From contig JAEPMI010000011.1 of NCBI GenBank assembly GCA_017644045.1, positions 242,763 through 306,762 of the forward strand: a stretch of DNA of 64,000 nt. The letters run 5' to 3'. The notes under the pieces are model-generated. The model was given only the letters and a program-made list of their open reading frames with translations, had not been told where the DNA came from and did not search any database. The translations under genes were made by a program, and so were the position numbers. This document shows positions 39,739-48,764 of the stretch, piece by piece. Within the stretch, counting starts at the first letter, position 1; each line of letters begins with the position of its first letter. The stretch is from Deltaproteobacteria bacterium (GTDB lineage: Bacteria; Myxococcota_A; Polyangia; Polyangiales; Houyiibacteriaceae).

Positions 39739-40278
39739 ATGGCCGTACACACCCCCGGACCGGTACTGCTCCACCACATCCCGCTCAAGTTCGTGCGGGA
39801 CAAGGTGGGTGGCGGAGGCCGAAAGAACGTCGACCAGTCACTGCCGCTGGTTCCGTTCATCGACTTCCTCATCGTTCTCATCGTGTTCCTGATCATGAAC
39901 TTCGCGGCGTCGGGTGAGCTCCTCGCGCAGAAGGCCTCCATCCGGATGCCCAACGCGTCGAACACCGAGACCCTGGAGATCTCGCCGGTCATCGCCATCG
40001 ACGATCGCGTCGTCACCCTCGACGGTGACCGCGTGGCCGATGCGAACACCCTGGCGCAGTCTCCGCAGCTCGACCGGATCGAGGCCCTCGTTCAGAACCT
40101 CGAGACCCAGAAGCGCAACTGGGGCATCCTCCATCCGGCGGAGCCTTTCCCGGGCGCCATCATCCTTCAGGCCGACGTCGACGTGGACTTCCGCGTCATC
40201 AAGAAGGTCATGTTCTCGGCGGCTCAGGCCGGCTACGCGAACGTGAACTTCGCGGTCAACAAGACCGGCGGCGACTGA
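39739..40278 (+). CDS. ExbD/TolR-family protein (triad B, distal)
   Basis: LPLVPFIDFLIVLIVFLI TM helix with Asp. C-terminal ...NVNFAVNKTGGD parallels ...NLRFVTNKTGSIGGPD of triad A. Confidence 0.8.
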   Translation: MAVHTPGPVLLHHIPLKFVRDKVGGGGRKNVDQSLPLVPFIDFLIVLIVFLIMNFAASGELLAQKASIRMPNASNTETLEISPVIAIDDRVVTLDGDRVADANTLAQSPQLDRIEALVQNLETQKRNWGILHPAEPFPGAIILQADVDVDFRVIKKVMFSAAQAGYANVNFAVNKTGGD

Positions 40279-40301
40279 GCCGACCGGCATTCGAGAAACG
40301 A

Positions 40302-40340
40302 GGCGCGTTCCTTCGGGAGCGCGCCTTCTTTCTTTGTTTC
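40302..40340 (+). terminator. Rho-independent terminator after triad B
   Basis: 10-bp stem GGCGCGTTCC / GGGAGCGCGCC with a TTCG loop, followed by TTCTTTCTTTGTTTC. A second perfect hairpin GGGGCTGG-cac-CCAGCCCC follows at 40343-40361. Confidence 0.7.
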
Positions 40341-40456
40341 TAGGGGCTGGCACCCAGCCCCTCTCTCCTCGGCGAAGCCTCGTCGATTCACCCGAACTCC
40401 CCCGCCCATTGGGTTGCGCCTTTCCTAAGGCCGACCTGTTCGGATATTGCCTGGGG

Positions 40457-41899
40457 ATGCGCTTCCTGCACCCCGAACGCGACGAGCAGCTCGAGCTCGC
40501 GCTCGAAGACGTCTTCATCGTTCCCGATCTGTTCGACGGCGGATCGCGCCTCGACGTGGATCTCACGCCCGACGACTTCGGTGGCGCCAGCCACCCGATC
40601 GTCTCCGCCAACATGAACGCGGTCACCGGCAAGCGAATGGCCGAGACCATGGCGCGGCTCGGTGGCCTCGGCGTGCTGCCGCAGGACATGACGCTCGCGA
40701 CGGTTCGCCGGATCGTCGAGCACGTGCATCGGGCGCACGTTCGCTTCGACACCCCGCTGGTGGTCGAACCGGAAGCGACCCTTCGTGACGTCCAGGGGAT
40801 CATTCACAAGCGGGCCCACGACATGGTCGTGGTGGTCGTCAACGATCGTCCAGTCGGCATCCTGACGCAGGCCGATCTGCAGGACCGCGATCAGTACACC
40901 CTGGCCGAGAACGCGATGTCCCGCGACATGGTGACGCTCGGCGCCGATCTCGAGCCGCGCGCGATGTACGAGCGCATGCGGACCAGTCGCGTTCGTTCGG
41001 CGCCTGTCGTCGCCGCCGACGGGCGGTTGGTCGGCATCGTCGGTCGGTGGGATCCGGTCCGTCAGTCGATCCTCGAGCCCGCGCTCGGAGGAGCAGGCAA
41101 GCTCCAGGTCGCGGGCGCGGTGGGCATCAGCGGCGACAGCGCGGAGCGCGCGGCGGCGCTCGTCGAGTACGGGGTCGACTGCGTGGTGGTCGACACGGCG
41201 CATGGTCATCAGCGCCGGATGCTCGCGACCCTCGGTGAGGTGCGCGAGTCCACCGGTGGCAAGGTGCCGATCGTCGCGGGCAACGTGTGCACGGCACCAG
41301 GCACGGCGGCGCTCCTCGACGCGGGCGCCGACATCGTGAAGGTGAACGTGGGCCCCGGCGCCATGTGCACCACGCGTATGCAGACCGGCGTCGGTCGCCC
41401 GAGCTTCAGCTCCGTGCTCGCCTGCGCGCGCGAGGCCCACTCGCGCGGCGCGAAGGTCTGGGCGGACGGAGGCGTGCGGCACCCGAGGGACGTCGCGCTC
41501 TACCTGGCGGCCGGCGCGTCGCGGGTGATGATCGGCACCGCCCTCGCGGGAACCTACGAGAGCCCCGGCGATCTCCGAACGGATCCCGAAGGCCGTCGCT
41601 TCAAGGAGAACTACGGCATGGCGTCCGCGCGCGCCGTCAGCGATCGGACCGAGAAGGACGACGCCTTCACGCGCGCGCGGAAGGCCTTCTTCCGTGAGGG
41701 CATCAGCACCTCGAAGATCTACCTGCGCTCGGGGTTCGAGAGCGTGGGCGACATCGTGGTCGACATGATCAGCGGGGTGCGCAGCACCTTCACGTACGTG
41801 GGCGCGAAGAACCTGCAGGAGCTCCGCGAGAAGGTGGTCGTCGGGGTGCAGACGCCTCACGGCTACGGCGAGGGGACCCCTCACGGCCGCGAGCGCTGA
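40457..41899 (+). CDS. GuaB1-type IMP dehydrogenase-family protein (GMP-reductase-like, with a CBS pair)
   Basis: MRFLHPE...DVFIVP...SANMNAVTGKRMAETMARLGGLGVLPQD, catalytic loop GPGAMCTTR, and GGVRHPRDVALYLAAGAS. ORF-track start trimmed to ATG 40457. Confidence 0.8.
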   Translation: MRFLHPERDEQLELALEDVFIVPDLFDGGSRLDVDLTPDDFGGASHPIVSANMNAVTGKRMAETMARLGGLGVLPQDMTLATVRRIVEHVHRAHVRFDTPLVVEPEATLRDVQGIIHKRAHDMVVVVVNDRPVGILTQADLQDRDQYTLAENAMSRDMVTLGADLEPRAMYERMRTSRVRSAPVVAADGRLVGIVGRWDPVRQSILEPALGGAGKLQVAGAVGISGDSAERAAALVEYGVDCVVVDTAHGHQRRMLATLGEVRESTGGKVPIVAGNVCTAPGTAALLDAGADIVKVNVGPGAMCTTRMQTGVGRPSFSSVLACAREAHSRGAKVWADGGVRHPRDVALYLAAGASRVMIGTALAGTYESPGDLRTDPEGRRFKENYGMASARAVSDRTEKDDAFTRARKAFFREGISTSKIYLRSGFESVGDIVVDMISGVRSTFTYVGAKNLQELREKVVVGVQTPHGYGEGTPHGRER

Positions 41900-42057
41900 G
41901 CGCGTTCAGCAGAGAGGTCGAGCGGAAGCGAAGGGTCGGTGCTCGATCGGCACCCCGGACAGAAACATCCGCCTCACCTGTGTCTCACGCGGTCGCGGGG
42001 GCGCCCACGGCCCGAATCCGAGTACCGTGGTGTGCGATTTCTCGCTATGACCGGCCC

Positions 42058-42543
42058 ATGACCTACCGACGCTTCCTCCCACTCTTCGCTCTGCTCCTCG
42101 CCGCCTGCGGCAGCGATCCTGCGGACGTCGCGGGCGACTACACCGTGGCGGTCACCAACGGCGCGAACGAGTGCATGCTCGGGATGTGGAACGAGGGTGA
42201 CACCAACAGCGGCATCGACATGGTCATCAGCCAGTCGGGCAGCTCTGCCAACGCGGACGTGCGTGGGCTGACCGGTGGGTTCCTCGACTTCTGGCTCGGT
42301 GCCTCGGTCTTCTCCGGCGACGTCGATGGCGACGAGCTCGACCTGCTGCTGATCGGTACGACCGAGCAGACCGCGCCGGGGTGCACCTACACGATCGACG
42401 CGGAGCTGGACGCGACGCTCGATGGAGACGTCCTGCTCGGCACGATCACCTACCGGCCGAACCCGATCGAGGGGACCTGCGGGATCCTCGAGGACTGTCG
42501 GAACGTCCAGGACTTCAACGGCACCCGCCCGCCGACGCCCTGA
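42058..42543 (+). CDS. Hypothetical lipoprotein
   Basis: MTYRRFLPLFALLLAACG lipobox. Start trimmed from 41980. Confidence 0.55.
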   Translation: MTYRRFLPLFALLLAACGSDPADVAGDYTVAVTNGANECMLGMWNEGDTNSGIDMVISQSGSSANADVRGLTGGFLDFWLGASVFSGDVDGDELDLLLIGTTEQTAPGCTYTIDAELDATLDGDVLLGTITYRPNPIEGTCGILEDCRNVQDFNGTRPPTP

Positions 42544-42558
42544 GCCCGGCCGCGGCCC

Positions 42559-43917
42559 TTGAGTTGGGGCCCAGCACCCCGCACTGTCCCCTCGTTGGCC
42601 CCGACCCCCGAGACCCCGGCCGACCGACCTCTCGGTCAGTCGATGGACATGCGCGCCGATCCGCTCGGCTTCCTCGAGCGGATCGCGAGCGAGCACGCCG
42701 AGGCGGGCATCGCGCCGCTGCGGCTCGGCCCGGTGGACGGGTACCTGGCCTTCGCTCCCGCGATGGTCGAGCAGGTGCTGCGCTCGTCGATGCGGAGCTT
42801 CAACCGGCAGACGCCGGTGTACCAGACCCTCACGCGTTTCCTCGGCAAGGGCATTCTCACCTCCGAGGGCGAGCCGTGGCGCAAGCACCGCCGGGTGGTG
42901 CAGCCCGCGTTTCATCGCCGTCGCCTCAGCACCTTCGCGAGCGCGATGGTCCGGCTGGCCGACGAGGCCGTCGACCGCTGGGACGACACCATCGACCTCG
43001 GCGCGGAGATGATGCGCCTCACCCTCTCGGTGGTGGGCGAGACGCTCTTCGGGACCGACATGCGCTGGATGGCCAGCGAGCTGACCCCTGCGCTCGACAC
43101 GGCTCAGCGACACACCGAGCGCGTCATCGCCGGTCTGATCCCCGCGGACGAGTCGAGCACCTCACGCCGCGGGCGACGCTTCGATCGCGCGGTGGAGACG
43201 TTGGACGAGCTCGCCTACCGGCTCATCGACGAGCGTCGCGCCGCTGGAGCCGAAGGCGACGACGTCCTCGGGATGCTGCTCGCCGCGACCGACGAGACCG
43301 GTGAGATGCTCCCGCGACGGCAGGTTCGAGACGAGGTGCTCACCCTGGTGAGCGCGGGCCACGAGACGACTGCCAACGCCCTGAGCTGGACGCTGCTGGC
43401 GCTGAGCCGCCACGCGGACGTGTGGGAGCGTCTGGTGGAAGAGGTCGATGCCGCCGTCGGCGAGCGTGCTCCGACCATCGAGGACGTCGCCCAGCTCACC
43501 TACGTCCGCCAGGTGCTCGACGAGTCGATGCGGCTGCGTCCGCCGGTCTGGACCTTGGGTCGCATCGCCGACGAGCCGGTGGACCTCGGTGACGAGGTCA
43601 CCGTGGCGCCCGGGGAGCTGGTGTTGCTCAGCCCGTGGATCACTCATCGGCTGCCCACGCTATGGCCCGAGCCGGAGCGCTTCCAACCGGAGCGATGGGT
43701 GGAAGGCGTCCCAGCCCATCCCTTCGCGTTCTTTCCCTTCGGCGGTGGGGCTCGAAAGTGCGTGGGCGAGGCGTTCGCCTACCTGGAGGCCACGCTGGTG
43801 CTCACGCGGATCGCTCAACGGGCCCGGCTCGAGCTGGTGGGCGCGGCGCCGGAGCCGGAGCCCCAGATCACGCTCGGGGTCGGTAGCGGGGTCCAGATGC
43901 GGGTGCGCCAGCGCTGA
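42559..43917 (+). CDS. Cytochrome P450
   Basis: AGHETT, ExxR (ESMRL), PERFQPERW, and FFPFGGGARKCVGEAFA. The start is uncertain (TTG 42559 or ATG 42643). Confidence 0.9.
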   Translation: MSWGPAPRTVPSLAPTPETPADRPLGQSMDMRADPLGFLERIASEHAEAGIAPLRLGPVDGYLAFAPAMVEQVLRSSMRSFNRQTPVYQTLTRFLGKGILTSEGEPWRKHRRVVQPAFHRRRLSTFASAMVRLADEAVDRWDDTIDLGAEMMRLTLSVVGETLFGTDMRWMASELTPALDTAQRHTERVIAGLIPADESSTSRRGRRFDRAVETLDELAYRLIDERRAAGAEGDDVLGMLLAATDETGEMLPRRQVRDEVLTLVSAGHETTANALSWTLLALSRHADVWERLVEEVDAAVGERAPTIEDVAQLTYVRQVLDESMRLRPPVWTLGRIADEPVDLGDEVTVAPGELVLLSPWITHRLPTLWPEPERFQPERWVEGVPAHPFAFFPFGGGARKCVGEAFAYLEATLVLTRIAQRARLELVGAAPEPEPQITLGVGSGVQMRVRQR

Positions 43918-43964
43918 CGAGGTCGGCGCTGGCGCAGGCTGGCGTGGTCAGGTGTGAGTCTCAG

Positions 43965-44924
43965 TCACACATCTGTGGCAAGAGCTTCACGCTGGGTGGG
44001 CTTCGGGAGCGCGCCGATCTTGCCGAGATCCTCGAGGGTCGCGCGGGTGCCGCGGCGCTGCCAGATGGCCGCGACGATGAAGACCGCGTTCATCGCGAAG
44101 AGGCGGACGTAGAGGTAGACGTCGAGCCGGTCGAAGATCGCGCAGATGGCCATGAGGTAGCTGTGCGGCGCGAGGCTGACGATGGCCCAGAGGCGCATCG
44201 GGCCCTGGTTGTGCTTCCGGTAGATCTCGGCGGTCGCTTCGTTCCGCTCGATGTTGTTCCGGTTCTGGACCGCGAGCGGATCGAGGAGCTTGATGATCTT
44301 CTGCTGGGTCTGCACGTAGGGCAGGAGGACGTGCTTCACCGCGAAGTGGGTGATGGCGCCCTTCTCCTTCGCGCGCTCGACGAGGCGGGCGACCTGCTCC
44401 GGATCCTCACCCTCGCCGCCGCGGTCGAGCCGGGTCCGGCGCAGGTAGTTTTCCTTGTAGAAGTCGTAGAGCCAGAGGTGCACGGCCGTGAGGCCGATGG
44501 CCGGAACCATGAGGTAGAGGTGGGTCGGGTTCTGGTCCTTGAACCACAGATGCGCGAAGGCCGGGAAGACGGTGGCGACTGCGACGATCACGTCCGCCGC
44601 CCCATCGAGTGCGCGGCCGAACTGCGAGGCCTGGTTCTTCGCTCTCGCGAGGATCCCGTCTGCGCCGTCGAGGATGGCGGCAGTCCAGAGGAGCGCGCCG
44701 GCGGCGACCATCGCGGTCGGCGTGCCGGTGAGGAAGAAGGCGCCCGAAGCGATGCCCGCGATGATCGCGAGCAGCGTCACGCCGTTCGGCGTCAGCGGGG
44801 TTCGGAAGACCGACCACACGAACGCGTACGCCAGCGGCCGATGGACGCAGATGTTGACCGGGTCCTCCACCTCGGTGGATTTGAGGAGCGACCGGAAAGG
44901 GGGGAGTGTCGGTTTCGCCTGCAT
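43965..44924 (-). CDS. CDP-alcohol phosphatidyltransferase-family membrane protein with a long C-terminal extension
   Basis: Signature DGADGILARAKNQASQFGRALDGAADVIV (D-G-x2-A-R-x8-G-x3-D-x3-D). Start trimmed to ATG 44924 (MQAKPTL...). Confidence 0.8.
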   Translation of the reverse strand: MQAKPTLPPFRSLLKSTEVEDPVNICVHRPLAYAFVWSVFRTPLTPNGVTLLAIIAGIASGAFFLTGTPTAMVAAGALLWTAAILDGADGILARAKNQASQFGRALDGAADVIVAVATVFPAFAHLWFKDQNPTHLYLMVPAIGLTAVHLWLYDFYKENYLRRTRLDRGGEGEDPEQVARLVERAKEKGAITHFAVKHVLLPYVQTQQKIIKLLDPLAVQNRNNIERNEATAEIYRKHNQGPMRLWAIVSLAPHSYLMAICAIFDRLDVYLYVRLFAMNAVFIVAAIWQRRGTRATLEDLGKIGALPKPTQREALATDV

Positions 44925-45265
44925 CGTCACCCTTGTGGAAAGCAAGACCCGGACCGTTGCATTTTCTGGTCGCCGACCCCGGTTTTGGGGCCGATCGGGC
45001 CGGATTGAGCGTGAACCGTGGCACCACCCGTTGCCGAAAGGCACCACCAGGTGGCTATCCGAGAAGCCACTGAAGCCGCAAATTCACGGCCCATTCGCGC
45101 TCGTTGTCGGGGCTACGGACGGGCCGTAACGCGCATTTCACGAGAACTTCGCGAGTGTGAAGGGGGATCGATGCTCGCCCGACGCCTCGGCGAGGCACGT
45201 GGTCTGCATTGGTAACCGCGCATCGGATCCCCCGACGGGACCGAAGAGCCGGACCGCCTCTCATC

Positions 45266-46330
45266 ATGCTGGATTCCAAACCATTCGACCGCAGCCCCTT
45301 TCGCGGGACCTTTCTCGACCGGATGCCCACGCATCCACTTCGCACGCTCCGTCGCGCCGCCCTCGCGATGGCGAAGAAAGAGACCCCGCTGCTGACCCAG
45401 CTCGTGGTCATCCGGCGCTGCAACCTGACCTGTGGCTACTGCAACGAGTACGACGACCACTCGGACCCGGTGCCCAAGGAGGTCCTCTTCGAGCGGATCG
45501 ATCACCTGGCGAAGCTCGGGAACCTGATCCTCACGCTCACGGGCGGCGAGCCCTTCATGCACCCGGACCTGCACGAGGTCGTGAAGCGCGCCGTCGACCA
45601 CGGGATGATCGTGACTTCGATCTCCAACGCCTACCCGGTCACGCGCCGACGCATCGAGCAGATGAACGAGGCGGGACTCACGCTCCTGCAGGTCAGCGTC
45701 GACAACATGGAGCCCAACGAGGTCAGCCAGAAGAGCTGGTCGAAGATCAAGAAGCGCCTGCTGGTCATGCAGGAGCACGCGAAGTTCAAGGTCAACGTCA
45801 ACGCGGTGCTCGGCTCGTCGCCCCCCGACTCGACTCGGAAGCTGATCGACGAGATTCGATCGCTCGGCTTCTACATGACGGTCGGCCTGCTCCATGACCA
45901 GAGCGGCGCCATCGACTCCGGGCTGATCGGCGACATCCTCCCGGAGTTCTACGAGGAGATGCGCGAGCTCTGTCGGAAGAGCTTCTTCCACCAGTTCGGC
46001 GAGGGCTGGGAGCAGAAGATGCTCCGCGACGGAGAGGCGCCCTGGAAGTGTCGGGCCGGAGCGCGCTACCTCTACGTCGACGAGCATGGGGCGGTGAACT
46101 ACTGCAGCCAGCGCCGCGGCGAGCCGGGCACGTCGATTCTCGACTACGGGCGCGCGGACCTGAAGCGCGAGCACGGTCGGGCGAAGGGCTGCGAGGACCA
46201 CTGCACCATCGCGTGCGTCCGACGCGCCTCGAGCTTCGACGAGTGGCGGCCCCAGACGAGCGCTCCGCGTCCACCCAGGGTCACCGTTTCGCGCGACGAC
46301 GGCCGGGTCGGGCTGCCGGTCGCGGTCTGA
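45266..46330 (+). CDS. Radical SAM enzyme with a SPASM/twitch-like C-terminal Cys region
   Basis: CNLTCGYC (CxxxCxxC), GGEPF, then C-x12-G-x4-C (CRAGARYLYVDEHGAVNYC) and CEDHCTIAC. The start is uncertain (ATG 45266 or a later in-frame ATG). Confidence 0.8.
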   Translation: MLDSKPFDRSPFRGTFLDRMPTHPLRTLRRAALAMAKKETPLLTQLVVIRRCNLTCGYCNEYDDHSDPVPKEVLFERIDHLAKLGNLILTLTGGEPFMHPDLHEVVKRAVDHGMIVTSISNAYPVTRRRIEQMNEAGLTLLQVSVDNMEPNEVSQKSWSKIKKRLLVMQEHAKFKVNVNAVLGSSPPDSTRKLIDEIRSLGFYMTVGLLHDQSGAIDSGLIGDILPEFYEEMRELCRKSFFHQFGEGWEQKMLRDGEAPWKCRAGARYLYVDEHGAVNYCSQRRGEPGTSILDYGRADLKREHGRAKGCEDHCTIACVRRASSFDEWRPQTSAPRPPRVTVSRDDGRVGLPVAV

Positions 46331-46436
46331 GCCGCGCTCACGGCTGGGACTCTTCTCACATCGCACCGCCTCCAGGGGCAACAGGTTCGTGCGTCCATGT
46401 GAACCACGTCGTGGGATGATGTAGGCTGCGCCCGTC

Positions 46437-47957
46437 ATGCGCCGTTTGCAGCTTGTCTTTTTGACTTCCCTCGCCCTCGTGGCCCTCGCCGGTTGCGGTC
46501 GTTCCGTTCTCAGCACCGACGACTCCTTCGAAGACGGTGGCCCGCCGCGCGACATGATCGACCCCCCGGACCTGCCGGGTGAGGTCTGCGGCAACGGGTT
46601 CTGCGCCCCGGGCCTCGAGAGCTGCAACACCTGCGCGGCGGACTGTGGCGAGTGCCCCCGCGAGTGCGGCGACGGCCTCTGCGGTGGTGACGAGGACTGC
46701 GCGAGCTGCCCGGCCGACTGTGGCTTCTGCCGCGAGTGCGGCGACGGCTTCTGTGACCCGGACGTCGAGGCTTGCGACAGCTGTCCGGAGGACTGCGGCT
46801 CCTGCGCCGGCTGCGGCGACGGTGCCTGCAACGGAGCCGAGACCTGCGCCTCCTGCGCGATCGATTGTGGCGCCTGCGTCCGCTGCGGTGACGGCACCTG
46901 TCAGGCGGACCGCGGCGAGAGCTGCGCGACCTGCCCGAGCGACTGCGGCTTCTGCGACACCTGCGGCGACGGCGCGTGCACGGCTGGCGAGAGCTGCTCG
47001 AGCTGCCCGCGCGACTGCGGTCTCTGCGAGACCTGCGGCAACGGCCGCTGTGGCGCCGGCGAGGACTGCGCGTCCTGCCCCGACGACTGCGGGTTCTGCG
47101 TGACCTGCGGCGACGGCATGTGTGCCGGCAGCGAGAGCTGCTCGAGCTGTCCGGCCGACTGTGGCCGCTGCGAGTTCTGTGGGGACCGCACCTGCGGCAC
47201 CGGCGAGAGCTGCACCAACTGCCCGGAGGACTGCGGTCTCTGCGAGAGCTGCGGCAACGGCCGTTGCGCGACCAGCGAGAGCTGCTCCACCTGCCCGGTG
47301 GACTGCGGTCTCTGCGTCGAGTGCGGCGACGACCGCTGCAGCCCGTCGGAGAGCTGCAACTCCTGCCCCGGTGACTGCGGTGTCTGCGACACCTGCGAGG
47401 ACGGCTTCTGCCGCCCCGAGGACGGCGAGGACTGCCTCAGCTGTCCGGAGGACTGCGACGCCTGTCCGGCCTGCGGCGACGGCATGTGTGACGCGGGCAT
47501 CGAGAACTGCTCGACCTGTCCGGCGGACTGCGGGATCTGCCCCGGCTGTGGCGACGGACGCTGTCAGCCGCGGCGCGGTGAGACCTGCGCGAGCTGTGCC
47601 CGCGACTGCGGTGCGTGCTCGTTCTGCGGCAACGGGGTCTGCGAGGCGGACGAGTTCGAGAGCTGCACGAACTGTCCCGGCGACTGCGGGACCTGCCCCG
47701 GCGTCACCTGCATCGAGGTGGTGACCTGCACCTTCGGCTGCATCGAGCTGATGTCCTCTCCGCCGATGGTGTCGTTCACCTGCATCTCGACATGCGTCGC
47801 TCAGGCGTGTGCGGACGTGCAGTTCTTCGTCGATCAAGTCATCAACTGCGCCATTGGTCAGATCGGCACCTGCACCGACATCAGCTGCATCATGAACGAG
47901 TGCAGCTCCGAGATCGCGGCCTGCCTGACGGCGCCGCGCTGCCCGATGGGCATGTGA
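46437..47957 (+). CDS. Lipoprotein with 15 tandem Cys-rich repeats (Myxococcus-type cysteine-rich repeat) plus a distinct Cys-rich C-terminal domain
   Basis: Lipobox LALAGC. 15 copies of C-G-[DN]-G-x-C-x4-6-C-x2-C-x2-D-C-G-x-C at a ~25-aa (75-bp) period. Confidence 0.85.
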   Translation: MRRLQLVFLTSLALVALAGCGRSVLSTDDSFEDGGPPRDMIDPPDLPGEVCGNGFCAPGLESCNTCAADCGECPRECGDGLCGGDEDCASCPADCGFCRECGDGFCDPDVEACDSCPEDCGSCAGCGDGACNGAETCASCAIDCGACVRCGDGTCQADRGESCATCPSDCGFCDTCGDGACTAGESCSSCPRDCGLCETCGNGRCGAGEDCASCPDDCGFCVTCGDGMCAGSESCSSCPADCGRCEFCGDRTCGTGESCTNCPEDCGLCESCGNGRCATSESCSTCPVDCGLCVECGDDRCSPSESCNSCPGDCGVCDTCEDGFCRPEDGEDCLSCPEDCDACPACGDGMCDAGIENCSTCPADCGICPGCGDGRCQPRRGETCASCARDCGACSFCGNGVCEADEFESCTNCPGDCGTCPGVTCIEVVTCTFGCIELMSSPPMVSFTCISTCVAQACADVQFFVDQVINCAIGQIGTCTDISCIMNECSSEIAACLTAPRCPMGM

Positions 47958-47970
47958 GCCCCGGCCGACG

Positions 47971-48438
47971 GTGCCGCGCGCGCAGTCGGCCGGGTTGGTG
48001 ATGGTCCGGGTCGGTTCGCCGACCCGCTATCTCCTCGTTCACCCGGGCGGTCCCTACTTCCGCAAGCGAGAGGACCACGTGTGGTCCATACCCAAGGGCC
48101 TGCCCGAAGACGGCGAGTCGTTGCTCGACTGCGCGCGCCGAGAGATGCGCGAAGAGACCGGCTACGAGCCACCACTCGAGGGGTACGTCGAGCTCGGCTT
48201 CGTTCGTCAGAGTCGCAAGGACGTCCACGCCTGGGCGTTCCGCGACGACGACTGGGACCCGGCGACGCTGGTGAGTCAGCCCTTCGAGCTGGAGTGGCCC
48301 CCGAAGTCCGGCAAACGCGAGTCGTTCCCCGAGGTCGACCGCGGCGCGTTCTTCACCCTCGAGGAAGCAGGCCCTCGGGTCGTGAAGGCCCAGCTGGAGC
48401 TACTCGAGCGTGCCGCCGCGCGGCTGGGCGACCTGTAG
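47971..48438 (+). CDS. NUDIX hydrolase
   Basis: Nudix box GLPEDGESLLDCARREMREETG. N-terminal ...SAGLVMVR is typical of one subfamily. GTG start. Confidence 0.85.
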   Translation: MPRAQSAGLVMVRVGSPTRYLLVHPGGPYFRKREDHVWSIPKGLPEDGESLLDCARREMREETGYEPPLEGYVELGFVRQSRKDVHAWAFRDDDWDPATLVSQPFELEWPPKSGKRESFPEVDRGAFFTLEEAGPRVVKAQLELLERAAARLGDL

Positions 48439-48440
48439 AG

Positions 48441-48764
48441 CCGACTGCCGACTCCGACTCCGACAGCCGACTCCGACAGCCGACTCCGACAGCCGACTCC
48501 GACAGCCGACTGCCGACTCCGACAGCCGACTCCGACTCCGACTCCGACTCCGACTCCGACTGCCGACTGCCGACAGCCGACAGCCGACAGCCGACAGCCG
48601 ACAGCCGACAGCCGACAGCCGACTCCGACTGCCGACAGCCGACTCCGACTGCCGACAGCCGACAGCCGACTCCGACTGCCGACGACCGACAGCCGACCAC
48701 CGACTCCGACGCTGAGACAGCCGACTGCCGACAGCCGACGCCGACGCCGACACCGACACCCGAC
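48441..48764. repeat. CCGAC-core array mixing 6-nt (CCGACT) and 7-nt (CCGACAG/CCGACTG) units; fills the whole convergent intergenic gap
   Basis: Starts 3 nt after the NUDIX TAG and ends at the base before the stop of the minus-strand SGNH gene. Seven consecutive CCGACAG units at 48570-48618. Confidence 0.95.

Noticed and set aside
45019-45034. Sigma-54-like TGGCAC...TTGC upstream of the radical SAM gene, flanked by a GGCACCACC direct repeat.
   Set aside because: The spacing is TGGCAC-N6-TTGC. The -24/-12 class needs N5, and sigma-54 promoters are intolerant of 1-nt spacing changes.
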